A DNA stretch of 64,000 bases from Candidatus Shapirobacteria bacterium GW2011_GWF2_37_20 (GTDB lineage Bacteria; Patescibacteriota; Microgenomatia; UBA12405): NCBI GenBank assembly GCA_000989305.1, contig LBTB01000006.1, positions 2,448-66,447 on the forward strand, read 5' to 3'. Below the pieces are notes generated by a model. That model worked only from the letters and a program-made list of their open reading frames with translations, searched no databases and had not been told where the DNA came from. Each line of letters begins with the position of its first letter. Position 1 is the first letter of the stretch. Below are positions 9,736 through 18,415 of this stretch, piece after piece. Made by a program: the position numbers and the translations under genes.

Positions 9736-10776
9736 TTAACAATTGAGGAGTCGCTCTTCAAGAGCATAAAGTTGGTCAATACTAGTCAACTTAACAATTT
9801 CCATCCTTAATTCCTTGGCGGCAGGGTGACCGGAAACATAAAGTAAAAAGTGGCGACGGAGAGGATCGAAACGGCGGGCAGGAAAAATATCAGTAAAGTT
9901 TTTGGCGTGTAAAAGCATGGCACTAAACTTTTCCCTAAGGTCCGGTTTTTTGTCATTAAAAGCCCAGGGATTACCCATAGCGGCCCGACCAATCAAAACC
10001 CCGTTAACTCCATATTTTTTACAATAATCTAAAGCCTGAGACCGGGATTCAACATCGCCGTTACCAAAAAAAATAGTACCGGCTTTTTTGGCTAATTTGG
10101 CGGCTTTAGCAATTGAATCCCAGTTGGCAGTGCCACTATAGCCTTGTTTAAGGGTGCGACCGTGAAGAGTCAGAAAATCTAAATGATGAGAAAGTAAAAA
10201 GGGAATCCAGGTATCGGTAGTATCGGCAGAAATTCCCAAACGGGTTTTGACAGAAATAGTAGGAATTATTTTACCGGAAAATTCGGAGTATTTTAGATTT
10301 CTCTCAATGACTTTAAAAACTTTTTCCTTAAGTTTTAAATCTTTTAAAGAAACCTTCTCTTTAGAAAAATCTGAAACCGCTTTTTGAACGCTTTTTATAA
10401 TTTGGCCAGCCAATTCCGGTTTATCAATTAAGGAGGCTCCGGAGCCATGTTGAGTTACAGTTTTGGCCGGACAGCCAAAATTAACGTCGATACCATCAAA
10501 GCCTAAATAACAAAGAATTACCGCAGCGGTATAAAAACTATCAGGATCCTTGCCAAATAATTGGCCTATAATTGGGCGTTCTTGGTTTGAATAAAGCAAA
10601 GTGTCAAAGAGTTTTACCGCAGAGTGAGCCAGACCTTCGGCGCTAACAAACTCAGTAAAGATTAAATCAGGCTTGGCAATTTGACATTGAGTAATTCGAA
10701 AGGCTTCGTCAGTAATGCCGTCCAGTGGAGACAAGGCCACAATTTTTTGAGATTTTAACAAATCACGTAAAGACAT
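9736..10776 (-). CDS. dus: tRNA-dihydrouridine synthase
   Basis: TIM-barrel Dus family with DVNFGCP and the FMN-binding region. The C-terminal helical tRNA-binding domain is present. Confidence 0.85.
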   Translation of the reverse strand: MSLRDLLKSQKIVALSPLDGITDEAFRITQCQIAKPDLIFTEFVSAEGLAHSAVKLFDTLLYSNQERPIIGQLFGKDPDSFYTAAVILCYLGFDGIDVNFGCPAKTVTQHGSGASLIDKPELAGQIIKSVQKAVSDFSKEKVSLKDLKLKEKVFKVIERNLKYSEFSGKIIPTISVKTRLGISADTTDTWIPFLLSHHLDFLTLHGRTLKQGYSGTANWDSIAKAAKLAKKAGTIFFGNGDVESRSQALDYCKKYGVNGVLIGRAAMGNPWAFNDKKPDLREKFSAMLLHAKNFTDIFPARRFDPLRRHFLLYVSGHPAAKELRMEIVKLTSIDQLYALEERLLNC

Positions 10777-10828
10777 GAAAGATTATACCAAAATAGATAT
10801 TATAGGCTTTTAATGATAAAATCCGCTT

Positions 10829-11290
10829 ATGGGTGGAATTGAAAAAATTATTGATCTTAGTAATAAAAATGTAGCCACTAAAGAACTTGGTGAATATTTT
10901 GATACTTATTCAAAATTTCCCTCAGCAGCAGTGGCTTGTCCCGGTGGGGCATACAGATCGTGGATAATTTCCATTTATTTGGCGGCAAATAATATGGCAA
11001 TGTGTCCTCTGAATTTTGAAACAATTAACGGCAAAAAGAAAATTTCAGCGATAGACTACCGTGATTTATGGTTTACAAGCAGAGAAAACGGCAGAATCTA
11101 TTCAAGCAGTAAAGATGGACAAATCAATAGCTCTATAGACGTGGCAGTGTTGTGCGACGATCCCGAAAGGAATCGTTCCGATAAAATAGACAGAGTTGTT
11201 AACCGGGTTGCCGGAAGAATTCCAATTTTACTACTAGAAGGAATGGAAGGAAATTTTGTTTATTTTTGTCAAAGAGTCACGATTGATTAA
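10829..11290 (+). CDS. hypothetical protein
   Basis: 153-aa ORF with no motif I recognise. It is divergent from dus. Confidence 0.35.
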   Translation: MGGIEKIIDLSNKNVATKELGEYFDTYSKFPSAAVACPGGAYRSWIISIYLAANNMAMCPLNFETINGKKKISAIDYRDLWFTSRENGRIYSSSKDGQINSSIDVAVLCDDPERNRSDKIDRVVNRVAGRIPILLLEGMEGNFVYFCQRVTID

Positions 11291-11809
11291 TCATTTTTTC
11301 TTGTTCCTGGCAGCAAATTTAGCACCGACTTTGGCGTGATGAAAACGTGATTCAAAAACAGACTGGCGTTGGTGTTCAAAATCTTTTGAAGAATGAAAAT
11401 GTTTTAAAGCTGGATGACCGCTCTTGTCCTCTTCTGGTTTATTAATAGTTTTAGGTGGTCTGTAGGTTGAAGAAAGAGCCTGAGCGCGCTGGGGGTGACG
11501 TTTTAGGGCCTCTTCGCGTCTGGCTTGACCTTCCGGGGTTAAAAAGGGATCGGGCTCAGCATAGTCAACAATGATACCCAAATCACCAAGTTTATATTTG
11601 TGCATTTTTTCCTTGGCGGCAACTGCTGATTCTAAAGTATCAAATTCAATAAAGCCCATACCCCGGCTTTTACCCCAGCGGTTGTGCATTATTTTTAATG
11701 AGATTACTTTTCCAAAAGGGACAAAGAGCTCCAGTAACTCCCCTTCTGAATAACGAAAAGGTAAAGAGCCTATAAATAGGCGTTTATTGGGCGAACGTTT
11801 TTGATCCAT
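11291..11809 (-). CDS. RNA-binding protein with N-terminal RRM domain and a basic C-terminal tail
   Basis: RNP-2-like LFIGSLPF and RNP-1-like RGMGFIEF define an RRM. The C-terminus is Arg/Lys/His-rich. Confidence 0.7.
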   Translation of the reverse strand: MDQKRSPNKRLFIGSLPFRYSEGELLELFVPFGKVISLKIMHNRWGKSRGMGFIEFDTLESAVAAKEKMHKYKLGDLGIIVDYAEPDPFLTPEGQARREEALKRHPQRAQALSSTYRPPKTINKPEEDKSGHPALKHFHSSKDFEHQRQSVFESRFHHAKVGAKFAARNKKK

Positions 11810-11833
11810 ATAAGGGTATTATATAATATCCAA

Positions 11834-12463
11834 GTGTTTAAATACGAAGTTTTAGTTTTAGGAGAGTTGCAAACCAATTGTTACCTGCTTTGGGATGAAG
11901 AGAGCAAAGAGGCAGTAGTGATAGACGCGGCTGACGATGGAGTGGCAATCTCTGAAGAAATCGAAAGATTACAATTAAAACTAAAATATATTTTGGCGAC
12001 ACACGGACATTTTGATCATAATTTAGGAGTTTTGGATCTAAAACTTATCTATAATATCCCCTACGCTGCCAGCCAAAAAGATTTGTTTTTACTCAAAAGA
12101 CAACAGGAAACGGCTAAGCATTTTTTAAAAATGGAGATTAAGGTGCCTAATTTAAAAAAAATTGATGTTGATTTAGATCAAAGGGATGAAATAGAAGTAG
12201 GTGGAAAAAAAATTAAAATAATCAAAACCCCCGGACACACGCCGGGCGGATTAGCATTCTTGGCCGATAACTTGTTATTTTCTGGAGATATAATTTTTGC
12301 CGAGGGTATGAGAGGCCAGACAAGCTATGGCTACTCTTCATCAAAAGAAATATATGAAAGTATTGATAAGGTACTTTGCCTACCGGAGTATACGGAAATA
12401 TTGCCAGGACACGGAGAAGAAACAACAGTGGGTGAAGCAAGAGAATTTGTTAAGAAAACGTAA
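11834..12463 (+). CDS. MBL-fold metallo-hydrolase (glyoxalase II-like)
   Basis: HGHFDH metal-binding motif and downstream conserved H/D residues. The track TTG start at 11801 overlaps the divergent RRM gene start. A GTG at 11834 (VFKYEVLVLG...) gives the typical short N-terminus. Confidence 0.7.
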   Translation: MFKYEVLVLGELQTNCYLLWDEESKEAVVIDAADDGVAISEEIERLQLKLKYILATHGHFDHNLGVLDLKLIYNIPYAASQKDLFLLKRQQETAKHFLKMEIKVPNLKKIDVDLDQRDEIEVGGKKIKIIKTPGHTPGGLAFLADNLLFSGDIIFAEGMRGQTSYGYSSSKEIYESIDKVLCLPEYTEILPGHGEETTVGEAREFVKKT

Positions 12464-12469
12464 AATAGT

Positions 12470-14137
12470 TTGTGTTATTGTTATGTTGTGATTTGGAATA
12501 TTTTTAACAAAAAAATTTATTTCAAGGTTAAAAGATCAAGTTTTACTCTCATTGAAATATTGATTGTTATGGCGACAATCGGGTTAATTTCCACTTCTGC
12601 TGTTGCCGTTATTGATCCTATAAATCTTAAAAATAAAGCCAATGATTCTGAAAGATTGGCTGATATAGAAAAAATTAAGATTGCTCAGGAAGAATATGTA
12701 AATGATAAAGGGTGTTATCCAAGTACAAATCCAGTATTAACTCAAAACTTTGATTCTAATTCATTTCTTTATGTCACTGACGGTTCAAGTTGTCCAAAAT
12801 GGTATGTGTTATTTTCGGAAATAATTTCCTATAAAAAAACAACAAATGCTTGTGATTTAGACCTGAGTTGTCTGCCTCTAAACTACCAATCAAACTGGAG
12901 TTGTTACATTGCTGGAAATTATAAATGTGACATTATTGCCAATACTCTTTTGCCAGGAATTTCAATACCAACAAGTACTCCGGTGCCAATACCAACAAGT
13001 ATCCCAGTGTCAATACCCACAATAACAGTACCAACAAAGAGTGTTGGATCAACGGCAATTATTGCCAATTGCATCCCCATTTGGGGTAAAGGTTGCACCA
13101 GAAATCAGGATTGTTGCACCGGACACTGTTTAACTTATAACAACGGCCTATGTAGTGTTCCGTTAAACCCAACGGTGACACCGGCATGGAATAATGCCTG
13201 TAAAACAAATGATTCTTCGTGTACAAACAGTAATCAGTGCTGTTCCGGAAGTTGTTCTAATTTAGACTATTGGCCGATTACAGGTAAATGTTGCGGAGGA
13301 AAAGCGGGTGCCACATGCACTACAGACACAGAATGTTGTTCCTATCTCTCTCTTTTCTGCGTTTCCGGAACATGTCAAAAAAATAATACAACAAAATTAC
13401 CCATTGGATCTACTTGTCGTCAAAGTAGTCAGTGTAGTACTGGAATTTGTGATTATAATAAATGCATTCCCTGTAAAAGTTACGGAGAATCGTGTGTTTC
13501 CAGCCGTGATTGTTGCGACAATAATTCACTAACAGGAGGGAGCTGTAGTTATTATTTAGACGGTCCCATGACCTGTATACCAAGACCTTCCCCGGTGCCA
13601 ACATTGGTGTGGCCTGAACATTGTCTGGCTCCCGGTAGTTCTTGTTATCATAGCGATGATAGTTGCTGTAACAATTACGTCTGTAAGGACAAAAAATGTA
13701 TTAGCCCTCTATCAACACCAACTCCAGTAATACCAAAAGATAACGGATCAGCTTGTACGAGAGCGGTTGAGTGTCGTTCATCGATTTGTAGTCTTGGTAT
13801 ATGTAGTCCATGTGCCGCTATTGGGGAATACTGCAGATACTATCCGCAGCCATATAGAGACGATGGTGATTGTTGTAATGGTGGCTTTTGTTATTGGGGA
13901 AGATGTAAACCAAGCGGATGGCTGTCGCCAACTCCGGATCCTGACCGTCAACAATGGGGTTCATCCTGTACCATGGATTACAGCGACACTATTGGAATAT
14001 GTAAATGTGACAATCAAAGATGTGCCAAATATGTAGATGGGGTTTTGGTGAATTGTGTACCAGCAGGTGGAGGTCCAATCGGTGGTGAAGTATCCCGTTG
14101 CTGTAGCGGGAGTGTAAGCGACGGTAAATGTTTGTAG
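12470..14137 (+). CDS. type IV pilin-like protein with a C-terminal array of knottin-like cysteine-rich modules
   Basis: N-terminus ...KVKRSS/FTLIEILIVMATIGLISTSAV is a class III (prepilin) signal with Glu at +5. A ~120-aa pilin-like head (DKGCYP...C) is followed by a PT linker (PGISIPTSTPVPIPTSIPVSIPTITVPT). About 9 Cys modules follow, most with spacing C-x6-C-x5-CC-x3-C-x4-11-C. The start codon is uncertain (ATG 12470 or GTG 12488). Confidence 0.6.
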   Translation: MCYCYVVIWNIFNKKIYFKVKRSSFTLIEILIVMATIGLISTSAVAVIDPINLKNKANDSERLADIEKIKIAQEEYVNDKGCYPSTNPVLTQNFDSNSFLYVTDGSSCPKWYVLFSEIISYKKTTNACDLDLSCLPLNYQSNWSCYIAGNYKCDIIANTLLPGISIPTSTPVPIPTSIPVSIPTITVPTKSVGSTAIIANCIPIWGKGCTRNQDCCTGHCLTYNNGLCSVPLNPTVTPAWNNACKTNDSSCTNSNQCCSGSCSNLDYWPITGKCCGGKAGATCTTDTECCSYLSLFCVSGTCQKNNTTKLPIGSTCRQSSQCSTGICDYNKCIPCKSYGESCVSSRDCCDNNSLTGGSCSYYLDGPMTCIPRPSPVPTLVWPEHCLAPGSSCYHSDDSCCNNYVCKDKKCISPLSTPTPVIPKDNGSACTRAVECRSSICSLGICSPCAAIGEYCRYYPQPYRDDGDCCNGGFCYWGRCKPSGWLSPTPDPDRQQWGSSCTMDYSDTIGICKCDNQRCAKYVDGVLVNCVPAGGGPIGGEVSRCCSGSVSDGKCL

Positions 14138-14164
14138 GACTGCAAATTATTGAACAGGATCCAA

Positions 14165-14329
14165 TCAGGATTTACGAATCGAATTAATGGTTTCTTCAAA
14201 GTTTTGGAGATTGTCCTGTTTTAGAGATTCTAAAAGTTCGACAACCAAATCCTCAAAATAGTTTTTGACTACAAGAGACTGTTGGGGGTTTAATTTTAGT
14301 TCAGTAACAAGTTGATCAATGGTTTTCAT
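14165..14329 (-). CDS. possible small acidic helical protein (54 aa)
   Basis: Uninterrupted ORF MKTIDQLVTELKLNPQQSLVVKNYFEDLVVELLESLKQDNLQNFEETINSIRKS on the minus strand, in the gap between the pilin-like gene and tRNA-Gln. It is not in the ORF track (<60 aa) and has no clear Shine-Dalgarno sequence. Confidence 0.25.
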   Translation of the reverse strand: MKTIDQLVTELKLNPQQSLVVKNYFEDLVVELLESLKQDNLQNFEETINSIRKS

Positions 14330-14376
14330 GGCTATATTGTATAATATTGACGACTAGAATAGCTAATTTTAAACGA

Positions 14377-14447
14377 TACCCCATCGTCTAATGGTAGGAC
14401 ACTACGCTCTGAACGTAGGAATTGTGGTTCGAATCCATGTGGGGTAA
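14377..14447 (+). tRNA. tRNA-Gln (anticodon CUG)
   Basis: Manual fold: 7-bp acceptor TACCCCA/TGGGGTA, D-arm GTCT/GGAC, anticodon stem CTACG/CGTAG with loop CTCTGAA (anticodon CTG), T-arm TGTGG-TTCGAAT-CCATG. No encoded CCA. Confidence 0.8.
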
Positions 14448-14480
14448 CTTATGTTTTAGTGGTGAAGTACGAAATTAAAT

Positions 14481-15314
14481 ATGAAAAGCCCCGATCATCA
14501 GAAAAGAAGCGTTTCAGAGTATGTCGAATTAGAGGCGGAGGGTGAAAAGGTTAAGCGAGCTGAAAAAGTGTCCTCTGAGAAAATTTTCGATACGACACAT
14601 GACATCTGGGATGTTGAAACGAATAAAGACCACTATTGGGTTATAACTGAACCAACAAACCTATACCCTCATTCAGATTTTCCCAGTATGGATTATGCCT
14701 TATCATTCCATGTTGGATTAATGAGCCGGATGAGTGCAAGTCAACATACAAACGCAACGGATGAAGATATTTATCGAGCACCGAAAACCTGGAGACAGTG
14801 GAAACAAGCTCACGAAGCGTTAAAATTAGCTGAAGAGGCAGAAGATTTTCAGGCCATTGGTGCCAGATGCCGAGAAGTGCTCATAACTCTAGTTCAGGAA
14901 TTAGAAACAAGCAAGCTGGTAAGGAGCGGTGATCTAGATATTAAGAAATCAGACGTTAAAAACCAGCTTGCTGCTACATATGATTTACTTGCTTCTGGAA
15001 ATGAGATGAGGAAAATTAGGGCACATCTTAAAACAAATTCTGATTCAACATGGGAACTTGTTGGTTGGTTAACACATCACAAAAATGCTGTGTTATATGA
15101 CGCAAAGTATGTTATGGATGCTACAGAACAATTAATGTTAAATACTTTAAGTATTGTAATTAGAAATGAAAAGCCAAGGCCAAGAAGATGTCCAAATTGC
15201 AAATCATATCGAGTAATTTCAGATTTTCGTTCGGAATTAATGTTTAAAGTTAAACATCCTTATGTTGAACTTTGTGAAGCTTGTGGGTGGGAGGGAGACG
15301 AACCCGAGTCTTAA
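14481..15314 (+). CDS. hypothetical protein with an Rx4H motif and a C-terminal CxxC...CxxC zinc ribbon
   Basis: 277 aa, predicted all-alpha. Contains RKIRAH (Rx4H, HEPN-like) and a C-terminal CPNC...CEAC zinc ribbon. It lies immediately 3' of a tRNA gene. Confidence 0.4.
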   Translation: MKSPDHQKRSVSEYVELEAEGEKVKRAEKVSSEKIFDTTHDIWDVETNKDHYWVITEPTNLYPHSDFPSMDYALSFHVGLMSRMSASQHTNATDEDIYRAPKTWRQWKQAHEALKLAEEAEDFQAIGARCREVLITLVQELETSKLVRSGDLDIKKSDVKNQLAATYDLLASGNEMRKIRAHLKTNSDSTWELVGWLTHHKNAVLYDAKYVMDATEQLMLNTLSIVIRNEKPRPRRCPNCKSYRVISDFRSELMFKVKHPYVELCEACGWEGDEPES

Positions 15315-15382
15315 GCGCTATAAGGGTCCTGACCTGTGTGTTCAGCGGTTTTTTATAATCAAAGGATTGTTATAATCCCACT

Positions 15383-15955
15383 ATGACAAAAGAGGAGATT
15401 GTAGAACTTATAAAAAGTGACAATTGGATGATGGAAATTCTGAGAACTACAAAAACATTGGATCTTCCTGATTGGTATATCGGAGCTGGGTTTATCAGAA
15501 GTAAGGTTTGGGATACTCTTCATGGATATTCAAAAAGGACATCACTTCCAGATGTTGACGTTATATATTTCAATAAAACAGATTTTACTGCCAATGAAGC
15601 CAATAACGAATCAACAAAAGCGGAAATTCTTTATGAGAAAAGACTAAAAAAACTATTGCCTGAAGTTGAATGGTCGGTGACGAACCAAGCCCGGATGCAT
15701 TTGTTTCACAAAACTACACCCTATAAATCGTCAGAAGAGGCACTGAGTGAATGGGTCGAAACGGCTACTTGTTTTGGAGTTAGATTAGACAATAACAATC
15801 AACTAATCCTGTCTGCTCCAAGAGGCGTTGACGATTTGGTTAATTTAGTTCTTAGACCAATTTCAGACACACCTGAGGCAGTATCTAAATTTCACCAGAG
15901 AATAGAGGATAAAAAATGGCTAGAAAAATGGCCTAAGTTAAGGGTAATAACTTAA
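15383..15955 (+). CDS. nucleotidyltransferase family protein (PF10127/YgxA-like)
   Basis: 190 aa. LPDWYIGAGFIRSKVWDTLHG...PDVDVIYFN matches the conserved core of the predicted nucleotidyltransferase family PF10127. Confidence 0.55.
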   Translation: MTKEEIVELIKSDNWMMEILRTTKTLDLPDWYIGAGFIRSKVWDTLHGYSKRTSLPDVDVIYFNKTDFTANEANNESTKAEILYEKRLKKLLPEVEWSVTNQARMHLFHKTTPYKSSEEALSEWVETATCFGVRLDNNNQLILSAPRGVDDLVNLVLRPISDTPEAVSKFHQRIEDKKWLEKWPKLRVIT

Positions 15956-16012
15956 ATAATAATTTAAAAAGTACCACTGAGATAACAGAGTAAATAGAGG
16001 TAGAATTAAGAT

Positions 16013-16321
16013 ATGATGCAAACACAAAATATTGGTCAAACCATACAGTATCAGGATAATTCGGTTGTTAGTAAGGAGATTGTGAACAAGCCCATGGGGA
16101 CGGTGACCCTTTTTGCTTTTGATAAAGGCCAGGGGTTGAGTGAGCATAGCGCTCCATATAATGCATATGTTTCTATCTTAGACGGAGAGGCAGAGATTAC
16201 CGTTTCCGGGATAAAAAATGAGGTAAAAACCGGTGAAATGTTGTTGATGCCAGCAAATGCACCACACTTACTAAAGGCAATAAAACCATTTAAAATGATG
16301 CTGACAATGGTTAAATCTTAG
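16013..16321 (+). CDS. cupin domain protein
   Basis: 102 aa. G(x)5HxH-like and downstream PxG...H elements of a cupin_2 barrel (LSEHSAPYNAYVSILDGEAEI...GEMLLMPANAPH). Confidence 0.55.
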   Translation: MMQTQNIGQTIQYQDNSVVSKEIVNKPMGTVTLFAFDKGQGLSEHSAPYNAYVSILDGEAEITVSGIKNEVKTGEMLLMPANAPHLLKAIKPFKMMLTMVKS

Positions 16322-16865
16322 TTATTGGTTTTGATTTCTGTCCACCGAAGTTATATAAGAAGATTTGGTGATGACGTTTTACTGGTTTTAGTTTTGTAAA
16401 AGGATAATCATTGACTACAAGTCGAGTCGAATGCTTAATTTTTTTCTCGAGCAATAATTGGAGACGATTCATTAAATGAGGGAATAGATAGACAGTGACA
16501 ACATTGGCCCGGGAGAAATCAGCCGTCCAAAAACTTTTACGATACACTGTGGCTAATTTTTCAAGCTTAGCTTGACGGATGAGACAACGAGAGCGACGGA
16601 CCAAAAAGGGATTAATTTCGTAACCTATTGCGGCGGCTCCAAGTTGGGCGGCGGCAATAAGAATTCGACCATCACCGGAACCAAGATCAATAAGAGTATC
16701 CCCTGGCCCGACACGAGCAAGTTTTAACATGCGGACAATGGTTGAATTTGCACTGGGATAATAGACGGCTCCCGGATGAAAAATCTTGATATAGACCTGA
16801 TAGGTAATAAAGGAGATTAAGAAACTTAATAATAAAAATACCAGTAAATAAAGTAGGGTTAGCAC
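16311..16865 (-). CDS. class I SAM-dependent methyltransferase with N-terminal TM anchor
   Basis: LIDLGSGDGRILIAAAQLG is Rossmann motif I of SAM methyltransferases. The track ORF extends to 17177, across the divergent permease start. I trimmed it to the GTG at rc 16863-16865 (VLTLLYLLVF... TM helix). The start is uncertain. Confidence 0.6.
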   Translation of the reverse strand: MLTLLYLLVFLLLSFLISFITYQVYIKIFHPGAVYYPSANSTIVRMLKLARVGPGDTLIDLGSGDGRILIAAAQLGAAAIGYEINPFLVRRSRCLIRQAKLEKLATVYRKSFWTADFSRANVVTVYLFPHLMNRLQLLLEKKIKHSTRLVVNDYPFTKLKPVKRHHQIFLYNFGGQKSKPITKI

Positions 16866-16914
16866 TTGTCTAAATATAACATTTTGAAAACAGGCAACTG
16901 TGTATAATTGAACT

Positions 16915-18414
16915 GTGGATTTGATTCGTTTAGTTTTGGCAATATTACCATTTTTATTGTTTTGTATTCTTTTGATTTTTCGCCGGTCAACATCCTTGAT
17001 TAAGATTTCGTTTGTGACTTTAGTTCTTACAACGGTTATTGCCGTTGTTTTCTGGTATTGTTCATTTTCAACTGTACTTATTTCAACGACCAGAGGCTTG
17101 ATAATTGCAGTTGATATTTTGCTGATTATTTTTGGAGCAATATTTTTTCTAGAAATTCTTAGAAAGAATAAAGTCACGGAAAGCCTGGCTGTTCACTTGG
17201 ACCATTTTTCCTCAGACATCCGGGTTCAAGTAATATTGTTAGCTTGGTTTTTAGAGAATTTTTTGGAAGGAATAGCGGGCTTTGGAACTCCCTCAACCGT
17301 GGTTGCACCCTTGCTAATCGTTTTAGGTATTTCTCCCTTAAAAGCAGTAATTATAGCCTTACTGGGAAACAGTACTTCCGTGCCTTTTGGTGCCGTGGGT
17401 ACTCCAATCCGGATTGGTTTTGCCGGTATTGACATTGATCTAATTTCAATTGCCTCAACAACAGCGTTATATAATTTCGTGGGGTTGTTGGTTCCCACAT
17501 TCATGCTTTGGGTACTGGTTTCATCAAAAGAGAATCGTTTTGCATTGTTTAAGCAGGCACTGCCCTTTGCCCTATGGTCGGGAATTGCTTTCGTTGTTCC
17601 CTCTTATTTGGTTTCGCTGTTTGGAATTGAATTTCCTTCTATTTTGGGATCAATAATAGGAGTTATTTTGGTTATTATTACCGGACGTTTGGGTATTTTT
17701 ACCCCAAAACCCATATATCGTAACGCAAAGGACATAAAAAATAGTTCTAGTCCCTTGAGCTTGAAGCTGTCAGTTTTACCCTATGCTCTATTTATTTTTT
17801 TATTAATTTTGGCTAAATTTTTATTATCAAACTCAACCATTTCGGTCCCCTGGTTATCATATAGCATAAATTTATTTAATCCTGGTTTTGTTTTTATTGT
17901 TTCAACTCTGGTTGTGGCATATTATTCAAAAATTCATTGGTCACAAATTAGCAAGGTGGCTCGATTGGCACTTAATAAATCAATAGAGCCCTTCCTGGTT
18001 ATTTTTGCCATGTCGGCAGTTGTCCAATTAATGAATAACTCAGCAAATATTACCCACCAACTTCCCTCCATTACTCAAACACTGTCCATGTTTTTTAGAA
18101 CGCAATTTCTGCCAGCTTTGGCTCCCTTTATCGGTGCACTCGGAAGTTTCATCACCGGTAGTGCAACAGTTTCAAACTTGATGTTTGCCCCGTCAATTTA
18201 TTCTTCGAGCTTATTCCTAGGTCTCGATCCAATAAAGATTCTGGCTTTAACTGTAGTGGGGGCTGGAGCGGGAAATATGATTGCGCTGGCTGATGTCTTG
18301 GTAGCAAAAACGGTTGCCGGAGTAACCAATAGTCTGAGAGATATTATTCTTTTACTTTTGCCTTACTGCATAATTTATTTGGTTTTAGTGGCTTTACTTG
18401 GTTACTTTACGTGA
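16915..18414 (+). CDS. L-lactate permease family (LctP) transporter
   Basis: Polytopic membrane protein. FLEGIAGFGTPSTVVAPLLIVLGISPLKAV...VPFGAVGTPI matches the LctP signature region (compare E. coli LldP FLEGAAGFGAPVAI). GTG start. Confidence 0.7.
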   Translation: MDLIRLVLAILPFLLFCILLIFRRSTSLIKISFVTLVLTTVIAVVFWYCSFSTVLISTTRGLIIAVDILLIIFGAIFFLEILRKNKVTESLAVHLDHFSSDIRVQVILLAWFLENFLEGIAGFGTPSTVVAPLLIVLGISPLKAVIIALLGNSTSVPFGAVGTPIRIGFAGIDIDLISIASTTALYNFVGLLVPTFMLWVLVSSKENRFALFKQALPFALWSGIAFVVPSYLVSLFGIEFPSILGSIIGVILVIITGRLGIFTPKPIYRNAKDIKNSSSPLSLKLSVLPYALFIFLLILAKFLLSNSTISVPWLSYSINLFNPGFVFIVSTLVVAYYSKIHWSQISKVARLALNKSIEPFLVIFAMSAVVQLMNNSANITHQLPSITQTLSMFFRTQFLPALAPFIGALGSFITGSATVSNLMFAPSIYSSSLFLGLDPIKILALTVVGAGAGNMIALADVLVAKTVAGVTNSLRDIILLLLPYCIIYLVLVALLGYFT

Positions 18415-18415
18415 A

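Noticed and set aside
11801-11833. TTG start of the MBL hydrolase overlapping the divergent RRM gene start by 9 nt
   Set aside because: Divergent genes overlapping at their 5' ends is implausible. A GTG at 11834 gives the canonical glyoxalase-II-like N-terminus and a proper intergenic promoter region.
12470-12530. Interpreting the Cys-rich pilin-like protein as a ribosomally synthesised peptide (RiPP) precursor or bacteriocin
   Set aside because: It is too large (555 aa). The N-terminus has a full pilin-type hydrophobic helix rather than a leader peptide, and no modification-enzyme genes are adjacent.
14481-15314. Calling the 277-aa protein a definite HEPN toxin
   Set aside because: A single Rx4H occurrence is weak evidence. 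Without profile or structure support I keep it as a hypothesis only.
16866-17177. N-terminal 104 codons of the track ORF 16311-17177 (methyltransferase)
   Set aside because: This extension overlaps the divergent lactate-permease gene and reads as low-complexity text. The methyltransferase more plausibly starts at the GTG preceding its TM helix (around 16865).
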